A stretch of DNA of 61,431 bases, counting the filler, from Sphacelaria rigidula (taxonomy: Eukaryota): NCBI GenBank assembly GCA_964200075.2. It is 11 parts of 11 records of this genome, joined end to end, with 100 filler letters (N's around TTAATTAATTAA, not from the genome) between each part and the next. Parts side by side here need not be neighbours in the genome. Positions count along the whole stretch, not along the records: positions 33,566 to 39,059 come from CAXNAA020026873.1; positions 39,160 to 44,652 come from CAXNAA020026874.1; positions 44,753 to 50,245 come from CAXNAA020026875.1; 8 more parts are not named here. One strand, 5' to 3'. Positions 34,131 through 47,700 of this stretch are shown here, piece by piece. The first letter of the stretch is position 1, and each line of letters begins with the position of its first letter. A program made the position numbers and the translations under genes. The notes beneath the pieces are model-generated. The model was not told where the DNA came from. It worked only from the letters and a program-made list of their open reading frames with translations, and made no database searches.

Positions 34131-37112
34131 AGTGTGCTTCGTACCCAGCTGACACGGACGCCAAAATAAGTTGCTCAAAAACGAACAACATATACACGCG
34201 GGTGACCATATTGAGTCCGAAACTCTGGGCCAATGTAGGCTGTCGACGGATGTTTCTCCATGCTATCGAGGAACTACTGCGGAGCCTGATCGAAGGCGCG
34301 CGTAGAGAATCTGACTCCCTCGATTCTTGCGCGCTTTTTTCATGCGCTGTTGAGTTTAGTTACCTTGAGGTGGCTACCTATGCATCCTGCGCTAACCAAG
34401 GCGAATCAACTCTGCCACCATGCTCTGAACATTTGTGCCATGCCCTCCAAGCCGTGTAACAGCAATTCATTAAACCCCGCCAGACTGTCAATATCTCGGT
34501 TTTCCGCCCCTCAACCTCCGATAAAATCCTCGGCTCCAGGATATGCAGACTTGTAGGATGCAACTGGGAGGTGAATGCCCGTCCTTGAACGTCACCTCTT
34601 GACTTCGTTGTAATTTTCGGCAAAATTTCCCCCCAAACCATAAAAAACTCCACACTGCTTCCAGTCCGGTTCCCTTCGGAAGAGACCAAAACGTTTCTCC
34701 TCGGCATTTTCCCAGGCTAGCTGTGCCTATTAGGACCCGGCATCGGGAGAGTAGGGAAAAGTTATAGGGTCGAAAATATAGCTAGGGCTACCTCTGGTTT
34801 TGTTTTCCGTATCGAGCCTTAGGCAAGCTCCATTTTCCATAATATCAGGGATACAGATTCGCTGAAATCTGCTGTAGCCAGACGTCAACGGCCGCCGATG
34901 CCGTCGAGTTCTGGGTGCGTCTACCTCCTCAGAAGCTCACATTCTAATGTTTGGAACCCCGAGCAAGAAACCCAGTATGATTACGTTTGTGCGGTCCTCT
35001 GAAATTACACACTTTCATCGCTGTGCGTGTGCTCCCTGCATTGGTGTTCGCCACAGCGTTGGAATTGCAACGCGCCTACAGTCGGAATGGGTGGAACTGT
35101 GCTAGTCTTGTTGTCAGCAAGGCGCCGCGAAGTTTCCGGCCAGTAAGAGATAGGAACCTAGTCATGTTGTTTTTTGAACGAAATAAACCAAGTTGTCTCT
35201 GACCTGCTGCCAGCAGGGTTTATTCTGTGTGTACTAGAAGGATGTGAAAAAAAACATGGTGTTATCCGCAAGACCGACCAGAGCGTGGTGCACTCCGGAG
35301 TGTTGGAGGCTTGCCGTGAACCCAGTGTTTTGTGTCAAGGTTTTTGCTGTTGATGATAACTTCGCCCGTGATATGCGTTTTTGTTTATTTTGCTCGGGCC
35401 AGTTTGCAGTTGGGGCACGTGTCAAATTAACCCCCCGTAGTTATATATCGACTACATCAACGTTCCGTTCCCCGTCCTCCAGCGAAGGCCATGACCGGTC
35501 ATGTCGGTACAGCGTGGGGAGGGTCTTTTCGGCGGGTGTAGGGCCGGAATCGACTTCAAGGAGTGATTCCTTTTCACTACTGCCCTTGGCCAAGGCTACC
35601 GTGTGGTGGTAGAGTTGGGTCAGCACGGTGCTCATCAGGCACACCCACCCTTGTTGTAATGCAGCAGTATAATATGTCAACACCCTGAGCGCGGGCATGT
35701 TGGGATTTGGTGTTTGCGCGGCGGTAGATGACACCGCTGTCGAAAGCTGGCACGCACACCTTTGATACAAGTGAGCATGTGCGGGTGCATAGACTGGCTT
35801 CGGCGACACGGATGGAGGAGGAGCGGTCATCGATGGACGGGTTAGGCCTGCTTGAACCCCCTGGACGAGACACTTACTACAGACCAGAACCAGGGTGCAT
35901 AACGAAGGAGGAAGTGTTTCATCACGAGAGGAACCGGAGGGAGCACTGTTTGGGATCACGGATACCAGCCAGGATGGGCGGTTGGGTTGGCCATGGACTC
36001 TGGTGAGGATAGATGAGAGCGTCAGGAGGTCAACTTCGAAGAGGACCTTGCGCGGAGAGGAGCAGAGCAGGCGGCTAATTTCGTTGAGGACGGAATATTA
36101 TTTTCCTGTCTGTTTTTGATATAGCTCTTTGTTGTGGCTATTACATACAGATGTTATCCCATGTTTTCATGGTTGAATATAGGACACTCTGAACAGATTA
36201 TGTTGTTAGCTCATAGCGCTATGCCTTGTGTAGGCTAGACACGCCCTGTCTGTTGTGTTTCCATAACGATGCTACTTGACCAGAACCCGAAGGAGATCGT
36301 AGTTCCTGGCTTTCCCTCCTCGTTGCCATGGGCTCTTTCATTTTGTTCTTCTTGTCTTTTTTTTATCTTCCTATCTGACGTTGTTCAGTCTCCGGTGCGC
36401 AGGCTCTGTAGAGGATCTCTTTGAACAGCACTCTAGACAGTAGATCTATTTCAGGATTGGTCTCTGTTTCACGCGACAGTTTCGATTATCGGCTCACTCG
36501 CTGTTGCTACTCTGTGTGTACACCGGTACGTGGCAAGGCAGTCGGAGAGATCGCACGTGGGGACTTTTTATACTTCAGTAGGCCTCCTGTAGTTCAATCG
36601 ATATTATACCGATCTATCGCAGTGTAGGTGCCCTTTTTCGTGTAGGTGCTTTGTTTTTTGCCTTCCTCTGCGGGCTGTTTGGTTTATGGATATGGGTGGT
36701 ATGCTCCTTGCAATCTGTGATCACGGGTTCGAGAGATCGAGCTAATGTGACGATCATAATAGAAATATAATATAAGTTTAAAATACAGCGCGTTTTTTCT
36801 CGCATTATCGCAGAAACTCTCTAAAAAGGAACCCCTACAAAAACACACCCGTCAGTCACCTATTGCATATTTCGTCCTGGGAGCGGCATCGCACTGGTTT
36901 CAGCGATTTCGCCCTTGGGTAAACGTATGGTGTAACTAACCACACACAAACACAAACCCATGATGGGTTCCAACAAGTGGACGTGGACGAATCAAGTCAT
37001 TGCCCACGAAGGAGATCGGTTCATCTTGTCAAGGTACCTACGATGCGATAGAGGTTGACCGAAAACCTAACCCTCATTCCGAAGCACATCCTCCGCCTTG
37101 TTCTCATGTTAC

Positions 37113-38726
37113 CTGCATCATGGTAGCTCCGACACGGGCGCGCGCTCGCAGCACCAAGAACTTGCTCCGCTGAGTGGTCATCCTCCAGCCCGCCGACATC
37201 CTCGTCGCCGCGAGACACGAAACCACCCTCCAAGCCTCAGCATACCGCCGACCGAGCAAGCCCCTGAAACACCGCTGTAAAGCAAGTGCCGAACGCTGGC
37301 GGCGCCGCAGGCGCCGCGCCGCGCGCGGCAACGCCCGTAACCTCCTTACCCTTTGCATCCTTAACGCGGCTTCTGCCACCCGCGCCAACAAAGATCCGTG
37401 GCGGTCCAATATTGCGGCATCCAGGTCTATGAATAATTCAACGATACGGGCGGGGGGGGGGGGGGAAGAGAGGAGGGGCATAACAGGGGCATTTTCTATT
37501 TTTTCCTGAAGACTGTGAACCTGGTGGTGGTGGTCCATGCCGCCATCCCCGGCCGGTTCATATCATGATAGTGATCTCAGCCTAGTTCGCGGCACGGTGC
37601 AAGCGGTCGTTTACCACACAACATCATTGGATCGGAACGAGAGCAACAGAGCTGCGTGAGGGAAACAATGAAAAACGGTTTTGTGTCTTTCCGAGGAAAG
37701 CTTAAGCGTTACATCTGCCCCCCCCCCCCCGTCTCGCAAGGGATGCGTGGTCAGTGGTCAACGACGAAGACAAGCGACAAATGAGTACACCACCTCCCCC
37801 CCCCAACCCGCATCCCACGGCTCAAGGGCACCTGTTGGCACGGCGGCAGCAGCAAACGCGTTTGCCGCGTGGCGGACATTTTCTCGAAGCCTCCGTCTGC
37901 TTTTTCCTAGGCTTCCCGAATCGTTGCCGGTGGTGGTGGAGGGGGAGGCTCTGCTCCCAACGCTGGGTGCAGCGGTGGATCGAGGCGTTCCAGGCGGGGG
38001 AGGGGAATCGTGGAACGCTCCCGACGGGGTTCGCTTCTGGGGGGTGGTATCACCGGTGATGATAGAGGCCGGTAGAAGGGGTAGGGACGAGCCGTCTGAC
38101 GGTGCTGTCGATGCTGTTTTTGTCGTTGAGGTCGTGAGAGAGGTCGTTTCCGGGCTGTGGGGGCCCCGCCGGAGAAGGCGCGAACGGTTTTCCGTGTACG
38201 TCTCCATGAACAGTTGGCGGGCGTTCGGGGCGAGCCCGTAGAAGAAGTGGGGATACTTGTCGCGAGTACGTTGGACGGTTATATTTTCCCCATTACCGCC
38301 ACCATTGTTTCCGCTCATGCCTCCTACTCCAACTCCACCACCGGCAGGATTTGCTGTATGTTTTGTTCCCGTACCGCTTTTTCTTAGTCTGTCTTTTAGT
38401 GATAACCTTCCCGTGGGATGGTGGCTCCCATGCTCAGGAACCGGCTCGCAAGATGTCTCGATGGCAGAGGCCTTCCTCGTGTTGCCGCCGCTGCTACCCG
38501 CTGATTCTGCGAAGCGATCGAAGTGCTCGAAATCTGAGCTGGCTATCCTGTGGGGAGTCGTAATGTGGCGAACAACCCGGGGCATGCATAGATGATGCAA
38601 GCCGGACGGACTGGGGGTGTGAAAATAGGAGGAGGGTAGCCTGAGCTTCGGTGCCACAGCAACGGCATTTTTGCCCTCACTGACGGCACATGGAGTAGGA
38701 CAAACGGGGCGTGCTACATTGCTCAA
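37113..38726 (-). CDS. IQ calmodulin-binding motif protein, partial; exons ~38726-37808 and 37426-37113
   Basis: A 322-aa open frame with an ordered segment (RDKYPHFFYGLAPNARQLFMETY) joins in phase 1 (G|GTTGGG .. ATAG|AC) to an exon encoding AALRMQRVRR, SALALQRCFRGLLGRR (IQ motif), AATRMSAGWR and GATMMQ|GTAACA. The true 5' boundary is uncertain. Confidence 0.65.
37720..37805 (+). repeat. MITE type A-related fragment at the 5' end of an IQ-gene intron
   Basis: cgtctcgcaagggatgcgtggtca..tgagtacacc matches 11190-11255. Confidence 0.75.
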
Positions 38727-38783
38727 CCATTCGATTTAAGGGGAAAAGGGATTGGGGTGTCTTACCGCGGAATGACTACCGCG

Positions 38784-39015
38784 GAGTCAGGCTACGATAG
38801 GGGGGGGGGGGGGATTTTGGGCCGTTTTCTTCCACGAAATGCTACGTACAATCGTCGTTGATAGCAGCAAAGATTGTTCGAACGCGCTTGCTCCCAATGT
38901 ACAACGCTCATTCATATTGATTGACACCGTTTAAACCCAAATAGAAGCGCACCGCGAGTATGTTAGGTCGTGTGAAGCACCTAGGAGCCCGTTTTCTCGC
39001 TGGTTAGACACCCAT
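38784..39015 (+). mobile_element. MITE type B, right end missing or eroded
   Basis: Left TIR gagtcaggctacgatag + G run. Interior acgctcattcata..gattgacaccgttt..gcgca.cgcgagt is shared with 59085-59336. Confidence 0.78.
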
Positions 39016-39644
39016 GAGGCAGTGTATAAGCCGTGGCTGTCTCTGGAAGCGGCGATACCNNNNNNNNNNNNNNNNNNNNNNNNNNNNNNNNNNNNNNNNN
39101 NNNTTAATTAATTAANNNNNNNNNNNNNNNNNNNNNNNNNNNNNNNNNNNNNNNNNNNNTTGATGAGATGATGTAACTGACGCAATTTTGGATATTTCCC
39201 CATATTTTCCCTGTGTCATGTCGAGCCTCAATTCTCGGTGAGGCTCGATATTTGAAATTGTTCCGCGATAGGTGCGAGCTGAAGTTGGATGGCGCAGCGA
39301 ACCGGCAACGAGCGCATCCCCCGTTGCATGGACCTCTCGGTGGACATCGGTGGAAAGAGCAAATAATACTCCACGATGCCGACGCCCCCTCATAGCCGTA
39401 GCCCGAAACGAGGGGGGCAGGAGAGAGACGCAAACCGTTTGAAAGCAAAACAATGAGGGGGGGGGACGCAGGATGTGTTGTCATGTTGTGCTTTGACTGC
39501 GCGTGTTAAAACCAGTTGAGCAAAAACTTTCGCTCTGCCGGTTCGCTGTGCGCTAAGTAGAATTCTGGTTGATTGACAGTAGTGTCGAGAATTTTTGCTA
39601 CGCCGGATCACGATGTAAGAGTTGCATGGTGTTTGACCGAAATA

Positions 39645-39955
39645 CATTCCCTGTTTTTCTGTTCGGAAGATTCATCTTTCGAATATTTGAAAATGAGGCA
39701 TGTGCACCTGATGATGCGCACGCTGTACTTCGAAAAGTGAGCGTGAGGGTTTCTCTGTTTTTCTGTTTGAAAGGTTGATATCTCGGAGTTTGGAAATAGG
39801 GCGGGTGCACTTGATGATGCGAACGCTGTACTTCGAAAGATGAGCGTGAGGATTTCTCTGTTCTTCCGTTTGAAAGGTTGATATCTCGGAGTTTTGAAAA
39901 ATAGGGTATGTGCACTTGATGATGCGCACGCTGTACTGGAAGATATGCGTGAGGG
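39645..39955. repeat. Tandem repeat, 3 x ~104 bp
   Basis: gcacYtgatgatgcgMacgctgtact at 39704, 39807 and 39912; tttgaaaggttgatatctcggagttt occurs twice. Confidence 0.9.
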
Positions 39956-42424
39956 TCTTGGCTTTGTACTGTGCTGCAGGTTTGGGTACATATCTGAACT
40001 GATACTCGGTGGGCACTGTATTGCTCGCACCATGGGGAAGCGCAAAACATGAAGAATTTGTTTGAAAATTTCCAGGTCCGGATATATAAGATTATTCTTG
40101 GAACGGGGATCGGGATCTTGAGCGCAAGAATTTGAATGAGGTACAGAGGGTTTTGAAGTACTGTAACTGTTCGAAAAAAAGGGCGCATATGTGATTCTGG
40201 TATATATTGTCTAATGGGGGGCAGGTGCGAATTTTCCCCGACAGTACGTGTCCAGTGACGTGAGTATTCTTGAGAGACATACCCGCTCACAGGATGACTT
40301 GTTGTTGTTTCCCGTGTGCCTACTACTGAAACGACTGTCCAAGGGGGGTGTTGCTGTGAACAGCCTTTTAGTGTAGTCTGCAGTACTGACAAACCACGGT
40401 ACAAAGGTATCTGTCTTTACTCGACAGTGTCAGTTACATTCGGTGGGATTTGATACCATAGTAGGCGTATATCTTGTACTTACGTACGCAATGTCTGGTT
40501 GGGAAGTTCTACCTGTCATGGTATTTTGGTAGCCACACTCAATCACTTCCTTCTCTTCATTCTCTTTCTTCTCTTTCCTTCCTTGACTTGCTTAGTCAAG
40601 CTATGTAATACTACTCTTCTACATCAACATGATCGGCTCAGCCGTGTCCTTTGATCGACTTCATCAGTCGTGTCCAGCTGTCCCTGTTTATGGATCATGT
40701 GTCAAGGAACAGTGCGTTCATGCTGCAATCTGGCGCACGCGCTGGCTGCGCGAACACCTCGGTCAGTAGCTTTCGATAAATAATTCCGATGTGACGAGGT
40801 CACGCGTTACCATATGAACCCACGAAGAACAAGGGTGCTCTATAATCAACCACTTGTCGTTGCATTTGACACCCAGGCCATCAACCGCCAACCTCAAAGG
40901 TCTTGTGGCTTTCAAGCAATGCTGGCGGTAGTACTACAGTCAAACCCGATCATAGCTACCTTTCGTCGCTCTGCTGGACTGACCGGCGTATTTCGCGATC
41001 TCTGTAAAAACGAAACAGTTCGCTTTTTTTAACTACACAACCATGATTAAAATGACTCCAGCGGTCTGAGGAACTGCGTCTTCCCTGTCCTCCCGCCAGG
41101 TAAACAAGAAGGCCGGCAGAGATTTTCCAATCGCAGGTACCACTCGCGGGGAAACATAGAGGTTTTCGTCTATGAAATTCCGCGTTTTCCAAGCTGCAAA
41201 CCGTTTGATGGCCGTCGTTTTTTAATAAGAATGTTTAACCGCGAATTTCTGTTCCGGTCTGTATTTTTTGCGGTATTCGCATCTCAGGAAATTTTTGTAT
41301 TGTTTTTTTCAGTATCTTCGAACGTGTTGTGGACGGACCCAAAGCGGCCACTTTCCCTCAGACCACATAGCCGTGCAGTATCCTCCAGCGTGTGAATTTA
41401 CGCTTGTTGTGCACTCGTGTCCTAACTGCTTCACCTTTGGCGCCCCAGTAATCTTGTGGTATGGACCATCACGCCAGATATATATATATATATGTATCAC
41501 CCGCCGTTCACAGATTGAATCATGCAAACCCGACAACACTCATTCCCAACTACCACCACAACCCTGCAGCAAAGAGCACGAGTTGGGCACAGGGATATAG
41601 ATACACACTGCCGTAGTTGGGTATGATGTATTTCTTGTTGGTGGAAGTATAAACTTGAGCATCTTCTTACATGGTCGCGGTGTCGCGCGGTGCCGGAGCC
41701 ACGCGGGGTAGGGTACGGGCAATAACCGGCGACTTACTGCATACACACTCATGGACAGTGCAGGTAGACAAAGCTGCGCATATTGTTCAAGTCCTTTTCA
41801 CGTCGCACTGTAAGCAGAAAACATACATGTACTTCGTATAGTCCTGCGCTGTCTGTACTGTACTTTGCCCGTTTCCCTTTCACGTCCTACTGACTGCAGT
41901 TGTGCGCCGGCGTCGTGATGTATACTCAGTAGCTGACGGTATATAACACCCCCATGCACTCATAGGCATTCATTTTGTTAAGCCGTACGTAGCGCATATG
42001 CCGCGCTAACTCTGCAGTATATTACACCAGACGTATATAAGCACGATATTGGTATTGTCCTGTACGGTATCGTACAGTTCAGGACAGCATCAAACCGTGC
42101 TTATTGTTGTGCTCGTCAGATCGTCATTAACGTGCGGAATAAACCGTGATCAGAATTTTTCGCGTGTTCAATCGAAAAAATGCTTTTGGTGTTGATATGG
42201 TAGACTAGGGACTACGGCGTTTCAGGACGTGTATGTATACATGTGTTAGGTTCATACAGATCTTATCCCACAACTACCACCTCAAGCTACACAGCACGGC
42301 CGTGTGGACGCACACTCGCAATCAGTGTCTGAGATTTGTGTATACAGCCGAGGCCGTTGAAGTATTCTATCCCCTTGCCCAATTGATACAGGAGTGGGCG
42401 GTCTAACTATTCATTTTTGTTATC

Positions 42425-43179
42425 AAGCTCAGAGGCGTTGCAATATATACGCTGTGCGGGTCTGCTGGTAGACCCTGGATTCCGTGACGCATTGTTACTG
42501 CGTTTGCTACTGTCCTTAGTTAGGGTTGTTCAGCCCCGGCCGCAGGCCGCGTTGCCCCATCTAAATCAGTTACCGGCTTGCCTTGGTCTCTACCCGGGGC
42601 CATCACTACGCTCTGCTCCTATGGCTGCTCTGCGGCTGTACTGAGTAAGAGAGCTGCTTGTAGATGAAACATGAGGCTATGAAACACGTGAGTTCTTAAC
42701 CAACAGTCTAACAGTGATGAACCTACTCTATAGGACAATTGGCATAAAGAGGGAGTAGCTAATGCACTGGCTGGGGTCTCTCAGTATGAGTGCCAGGAGA
42801 TACCATGGTGCCAACCCACCAAGCTCCCACGTGGGCAACTTCACACAGACCTCCAGCTATCCATCAAGAACAATCACAAGTAGGTTCATCCATGTTAGAC
42901 TGTTGATTAAGAACTCACGTGTTTTATAGCCTCATGTTTCATCTACAAGCAGCTCTCTTACTCAGTACAGCCACAGGGCAGCCATAGGAGCAGAGCGTAG
43001 CGATGGCCCGGGGTAGACCATGACAAGGGCAGTAACTGATCAAGATGGGGCGACGCGGCCTGCGGCCGTGCTGAACAACCCTAACTAATAACAGTAGCAG
43101 ACGCGATAACAACGCGTCACGGAATCCAGGGTCTACGAGCAGACCCGCACAGCGTATATCTTGCAACGCCTCTGAGCTT
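42425..43179. repeat. Long inverted repeat: ~300-bp arms (42425-42727 / 42879-43179), 151-nt spacer
   Basis: The arms align end to end at roughly 90% by eye, including a perfect ~47-nt stretch (ggctgtactgagtaagagagctgcttgtagatgaaacatgaggctat). No TSD in the flanks. Confidence 0.95.
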
Positions 43180-44752
43180 CACCACACTAGCCCATCCTAG
43201 ACGAGTCCTTATGCAGTTGAATTACATCACCTCGGCACAATATAATTGCGCCGAGGAATTTCATAATTCAACGAGAAAGGATTATTCTACACTACACTTG
43301 TACAAAAGAATGAAGCGAAGAAAAAGTGATCACTCTCCCACACCTCTAAGAGGCGAGTATCGCTGCGATCCCACAGCATTAAACGTTCAATCCACAAAAG
43401 AGAAAATGTATCTACGTGACACTCACGCATCTATGTTGAAGAAGACAACAAACACGCAAGTCCATCTACAAAGTTAAGCACCAAATGGTACGCACGCGTA
43501 GACTTCATCTACAAACGGAACAAGGATGGAATGCCAGACAATCCGGGAAGAGGGGAGGGAAAACGCAGTTGCGGCATAGCATCGCGGCAACTGCTCTGGT
43601 CGGACGCAGATCCAAGTGAGCTCCACGTCTTTGTTCGACTCCGTCCCGACACATCCGTCGCGTATAGCGAGAGTGGCACCCCGCTCGTTTCCGTGGCAGG
43701 GCGTTTGAAGTATCAAACCTGCCTTGCAAAAGGCGTGCAGCGTGAAGTACAATGCGATGGGGGGGGGGATACTACGCAGCAACAGGGAGATAAAGTTGGG
43801 GGTGCAGCCGAAGTTCACGGTCGGTGTGCACGAAGTGCGGAGTCAAAATCCTGCGGGGGTGGGCACTAGTCCATCCAAGACGACACTCGGGGTAAAAAGC
43901 CAAATGTCGTCGGTCAGAACTTTTCGTTCAGCGCGGCGGATCAACTATCGCGTGTGATGAGCAAGACTTGGTGTCAATTTAAAAAAAACAATTCGTTAGG
44001 ACGCAATACCCAACTCAAAGCAATCGTCCGGCGGAAATACGGCCTACAACAAGGGCGGTAAGATTGATCATTCCCAGGGGAACACTGGACCACGAGCAAC
44101 GGAACGACACAAGAGAACACACCCGTGTCGCCAGCTGACCAGGCTGCGCCACGGGATAGGGGTAGAACAAACAAACGAACACGTCCAGATGAGTTGTCGA
44201 AATGCAGTAGCTCACTTCAACCTGAAACAGTCGTCGGGCATAAATACAGCCTACAACAAGGGCGGTATCATTAGCAGTACACGGTGTAACCAAGGACCCG
44301 TGCAACAAGACGATGTTAGGGAATACTCCCGTGCAGCGAACTCTCTTGGCTGGTGGCAGGGGGTTGAGCAGTGACAACAAAAAACACACCCAGAGAACTA
44401 GTCATCAAAGTTCCAAACATGCGGGGGGTGGACTAAATTTATCTACAGTCCTCTCATCGCGTAAAGAAACCTCGAAGGCAAGAAAAAAACACTAGATGCT
44501 CAGGGGACACGGACAAAGATGCCACAGCGACAAGAAAGGCGACTACGGGTACTAGAAACAGTCACCAAGAAGGCGAACTCAGCACAAAGAAACACGGCAC
44601 CAAAACCTGTGGGGGGGCTACAATGCGGCAAAGGGGAGGGGGGGGGGGCTATNNNNNNNNNNNNNNNNNNNNNNNNNNNNNNNNNNNNNNNNNNNNTTAA
44701 TTAATTAANNNNNNNNNNNNNNNNNNNNNNNNNNNNNNNNNNNNNNNNNNNN

Positions 44753-47700
44753 GAAAGTGAACAATCCGTGGGCCAAAAATCTGTTTGACATAACATCCGG
44801 CCTGACTACTAAAACATCAGCATATTACGAGCAGTGGCAGTGGATTAAATAAATCTGGATATCTCGTCTCAGTTTTCAAGAGTTATGCCATGAAATTTCG
44901 TACGGAGAACCGCTGGTGCATAATAAAGCTTGTAGAAACAGTTTTTTTTTTCTATTTTTCCGTTTTTTTCCCCCATTTGTTTCGGGTTTTTGGGGCAGTT
45001 TAGAGGAGACATGAACACTGATTTTGGACCTTATCTCAATTTTTCAGCTCAATTTCAGAATTGTGATTCGAAAGTCAGGATAAAGAACCACAGAGGTACG
45101 CTAAATAAAAAAAGGGCCCTCAAATTTTGTTTTGGGAGAGGTTCGGGCGTTCCCGTAAAAAAACGGATGTTTCCGTACTCGAACGCCCTACAACACCAGT
45201 GAGAAAAAAAAAAAACTGACTCACTTTGTTTCGTCGATTATGCCCTAGCCACCGCCCACACAAAGTTTCAACACACAAACACCACACGTACGTGCGCCGG
45301 TAAGGGGCCTGCAAAATACTGTTCCGAGTTTATTCTGACCCCGTCACTAAACGTCCCATTAACCGGCCAATATTTAGAGATGGAATCTAAAATTTCGTAT
45401 GAACAATAAATAGGGCATAATAAAAATAAATACCAGTGCACACAAGGTTTTTTTTCTCATGAGTTGAGGGCAACAATCAGTTTTCAGGTATCAGTGAAAT
45501 GCCCTTTCCTCGTTAAGAAAAAAAAAACTTGTATATGTTTTTATTTCGCCCTTTTCATTGACCATAACAAATTTCAGGGTCCAGCTCTAAACATTGGCCG
45601 GTTAATGGGCCTGCAAACTACAAATTCGCTTCTCGGCCGGCCCAGCTCGTACGATTTCCCCTTTCTCCCCCTAGGCCAGAAAACAGGTCAATTTCCGTCT
45701 ACATATTTTTCTCTCTGTATTTCTCATCTCACTTCGTGTGTTCGCCGCATGCTTCATCCCTGAGAGTTGTTGGGGTCGTATGAACGGTTCTTCTTATCGA
45801 AGGGGATTTTCACTTTTTTCAAAATCCCCTGTCTGAAAAACGACCGCTGATTGGTGGCTGCGATACCAATCCCCCGCATAAATGCACAGAGATCTCCTTT
45901 GGGGGGGCGATGATATCAGGAAATGAAAAATCAATTCCTGATATCCTCTTTTGAAGAATTTCTGGACACCTCGGAAGGGGAACATACATGCTCGTTGACT
46001 CACGCACAGGCAAAGGCTTACCACCACATAATCCAACACGATCAGAGCTGAACCTGAGGGATTTGGTGCCCTAGCTAGCCATCGCTGTCCAAAAACGTAC
46101 AGCTTGAGTCGTAGCCGCTATATCATCAGCTGAGCACGTTGTGCGTGAACTTGCTCAAATCTGCTCAGATTTCGTGAAGAAATGATGATTGTGTAAGACC
46201 CGCGTACAGCACACGCTTACAAACGTTCAGCAACGAAACGTTTCGGTTGTTCTTGACACGCACGCAGTCGCCACTCGTTTCATGCGGAACGGATTTACAT
46301 CAAAGACTGCTGTTTGTAGCTAATCAAGAGCTAGTGCTGGAACTAATACGTGTGAGTGGTGACTGTCCTGACGTGTTTTTTCAGGGCTACCTCGGTGTGT
46401 GGGTGTCATGTTGCCTTGTTGCGTCTTGTCTGTAACATTACAGGACCTTGGGCTGTTGATAACGACCATTTCCACACCAGCCGCATTTCTCAACCTGTGT
46501 CAAGATCTGGGGGTTCGATGTGTGCGAAATTGCTTCTCGAAAAGGCTCAAAACTGGTCGTTGTTTGGCCAATCTCCTTTCGAAAGGAGATTTTCAAAAAC
46601 GGGATTACCTCCCTCAGAGGAGAACCGCCTAGCTAAAGGTCGCCTCCCTTACCCTTTGACAGCGAGCGTCGCCTCGGAACAGTTTTACAGGTTGGCAGTC
46701 CAGATACATCCGGGAGCTGCGAGGGGCGGGGCAGTGGTTTTTGAGGAGGGGGTTGAGGCCTGTTCGCAGAACTGCCGAAAAGTTCACCAATTCAACCATT
46801 GATAGAGGTATCTCAAACTCAGGTCCCGGTATCCTGGCTTGTTATTATTATTTTTTCAACTCAAAGTGATGGTGATTCATCAGATGAAGAGACCCTTCAC
46901 CCTTTGACCGCCAGGTCAGGTCCTCCTATGAATCGCGATCATTTTCACTCGAAAATAAGTGCACAACTCAGAGCCAGTGAAAAAATCAGGATTGATTGAT
47001 TGATTGATTGATTATCTCACATTTATTATTGCAACAGTCCAGCCCGTGGTCAGGAGCAGCAAAAAAAAAGAGAATAATAAAAGGATACCGGGAGCCGAGT
47101 TTGAGACACCTCTCATGTTCCAACAAAACAGGAAAATGATATGTGCATCAGTTGGCTGCGGGGAAAGGATTTCGGGACACGGAAGACCACTTTGTATGAC
47201 AGGCAATCCCGAATCTCGTGGGACCCGGATGTGTGCCAAATCGGGGGGACCTAGCTTCGGGAAACTCAGATTCATGTGTAATTCTGTATGGCTTCATGGA
47301 TTTGTTAAAATTGTGCTGTACACGAACGGTCATTTTCTCGGCGGGTGTTGTATCACAGTGAAGCCTAAGAACAGGCAGGCACGGAATCATCCTTCAAGAG
47401 CAGCGTCGTACCGTGGTACCCTAGGGTATGATGCAGTGCAGAACACTGCATAATCACAGTACACGATAATGCCGTGTGGTCATACATGATGTTACAGTCG
47501 GTATTGCGAGAACAGTGCACAGTGTGCGACAAGAGTTCACGAGTGCAGTGCCAATCATCACCCTGCAACAACCGCGACAGCAGAGTGTAGGATAGTACAC
47601 TACCGTTCCTTTTGATGATACCTACAGCAGCACAGTGCAGCATGAAATTTTGCTATCACCGCAGGGTAGGGCGTCAACACTTCTTATCCGCTTGTCAAAC

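Noticed and set aside
34378..34707. Minus-strand frame with WSLPKGTGLEAVWSFLWFG, faintly like Crypton/GCR1_C C-termini
   Set aside because: A single weak motif amid stop codons; no tyrosine recombinase motifs found.
39706..39740. CTGATGA...GAAA hammerhead-like core within the 104-bp tandem repeat
   Set aside because: The intervening sequence cannot form stem II, and the other two copies read TTGATGA.
43474..43818. Minus-strand ORF with ELTWICVRPEQLPR, reminiscent of a LINE apurinic endonuclease
   Set aside because: No other endonuclease motifs (GDFN, SDH) or RT nearby; cannot be supported without a search.
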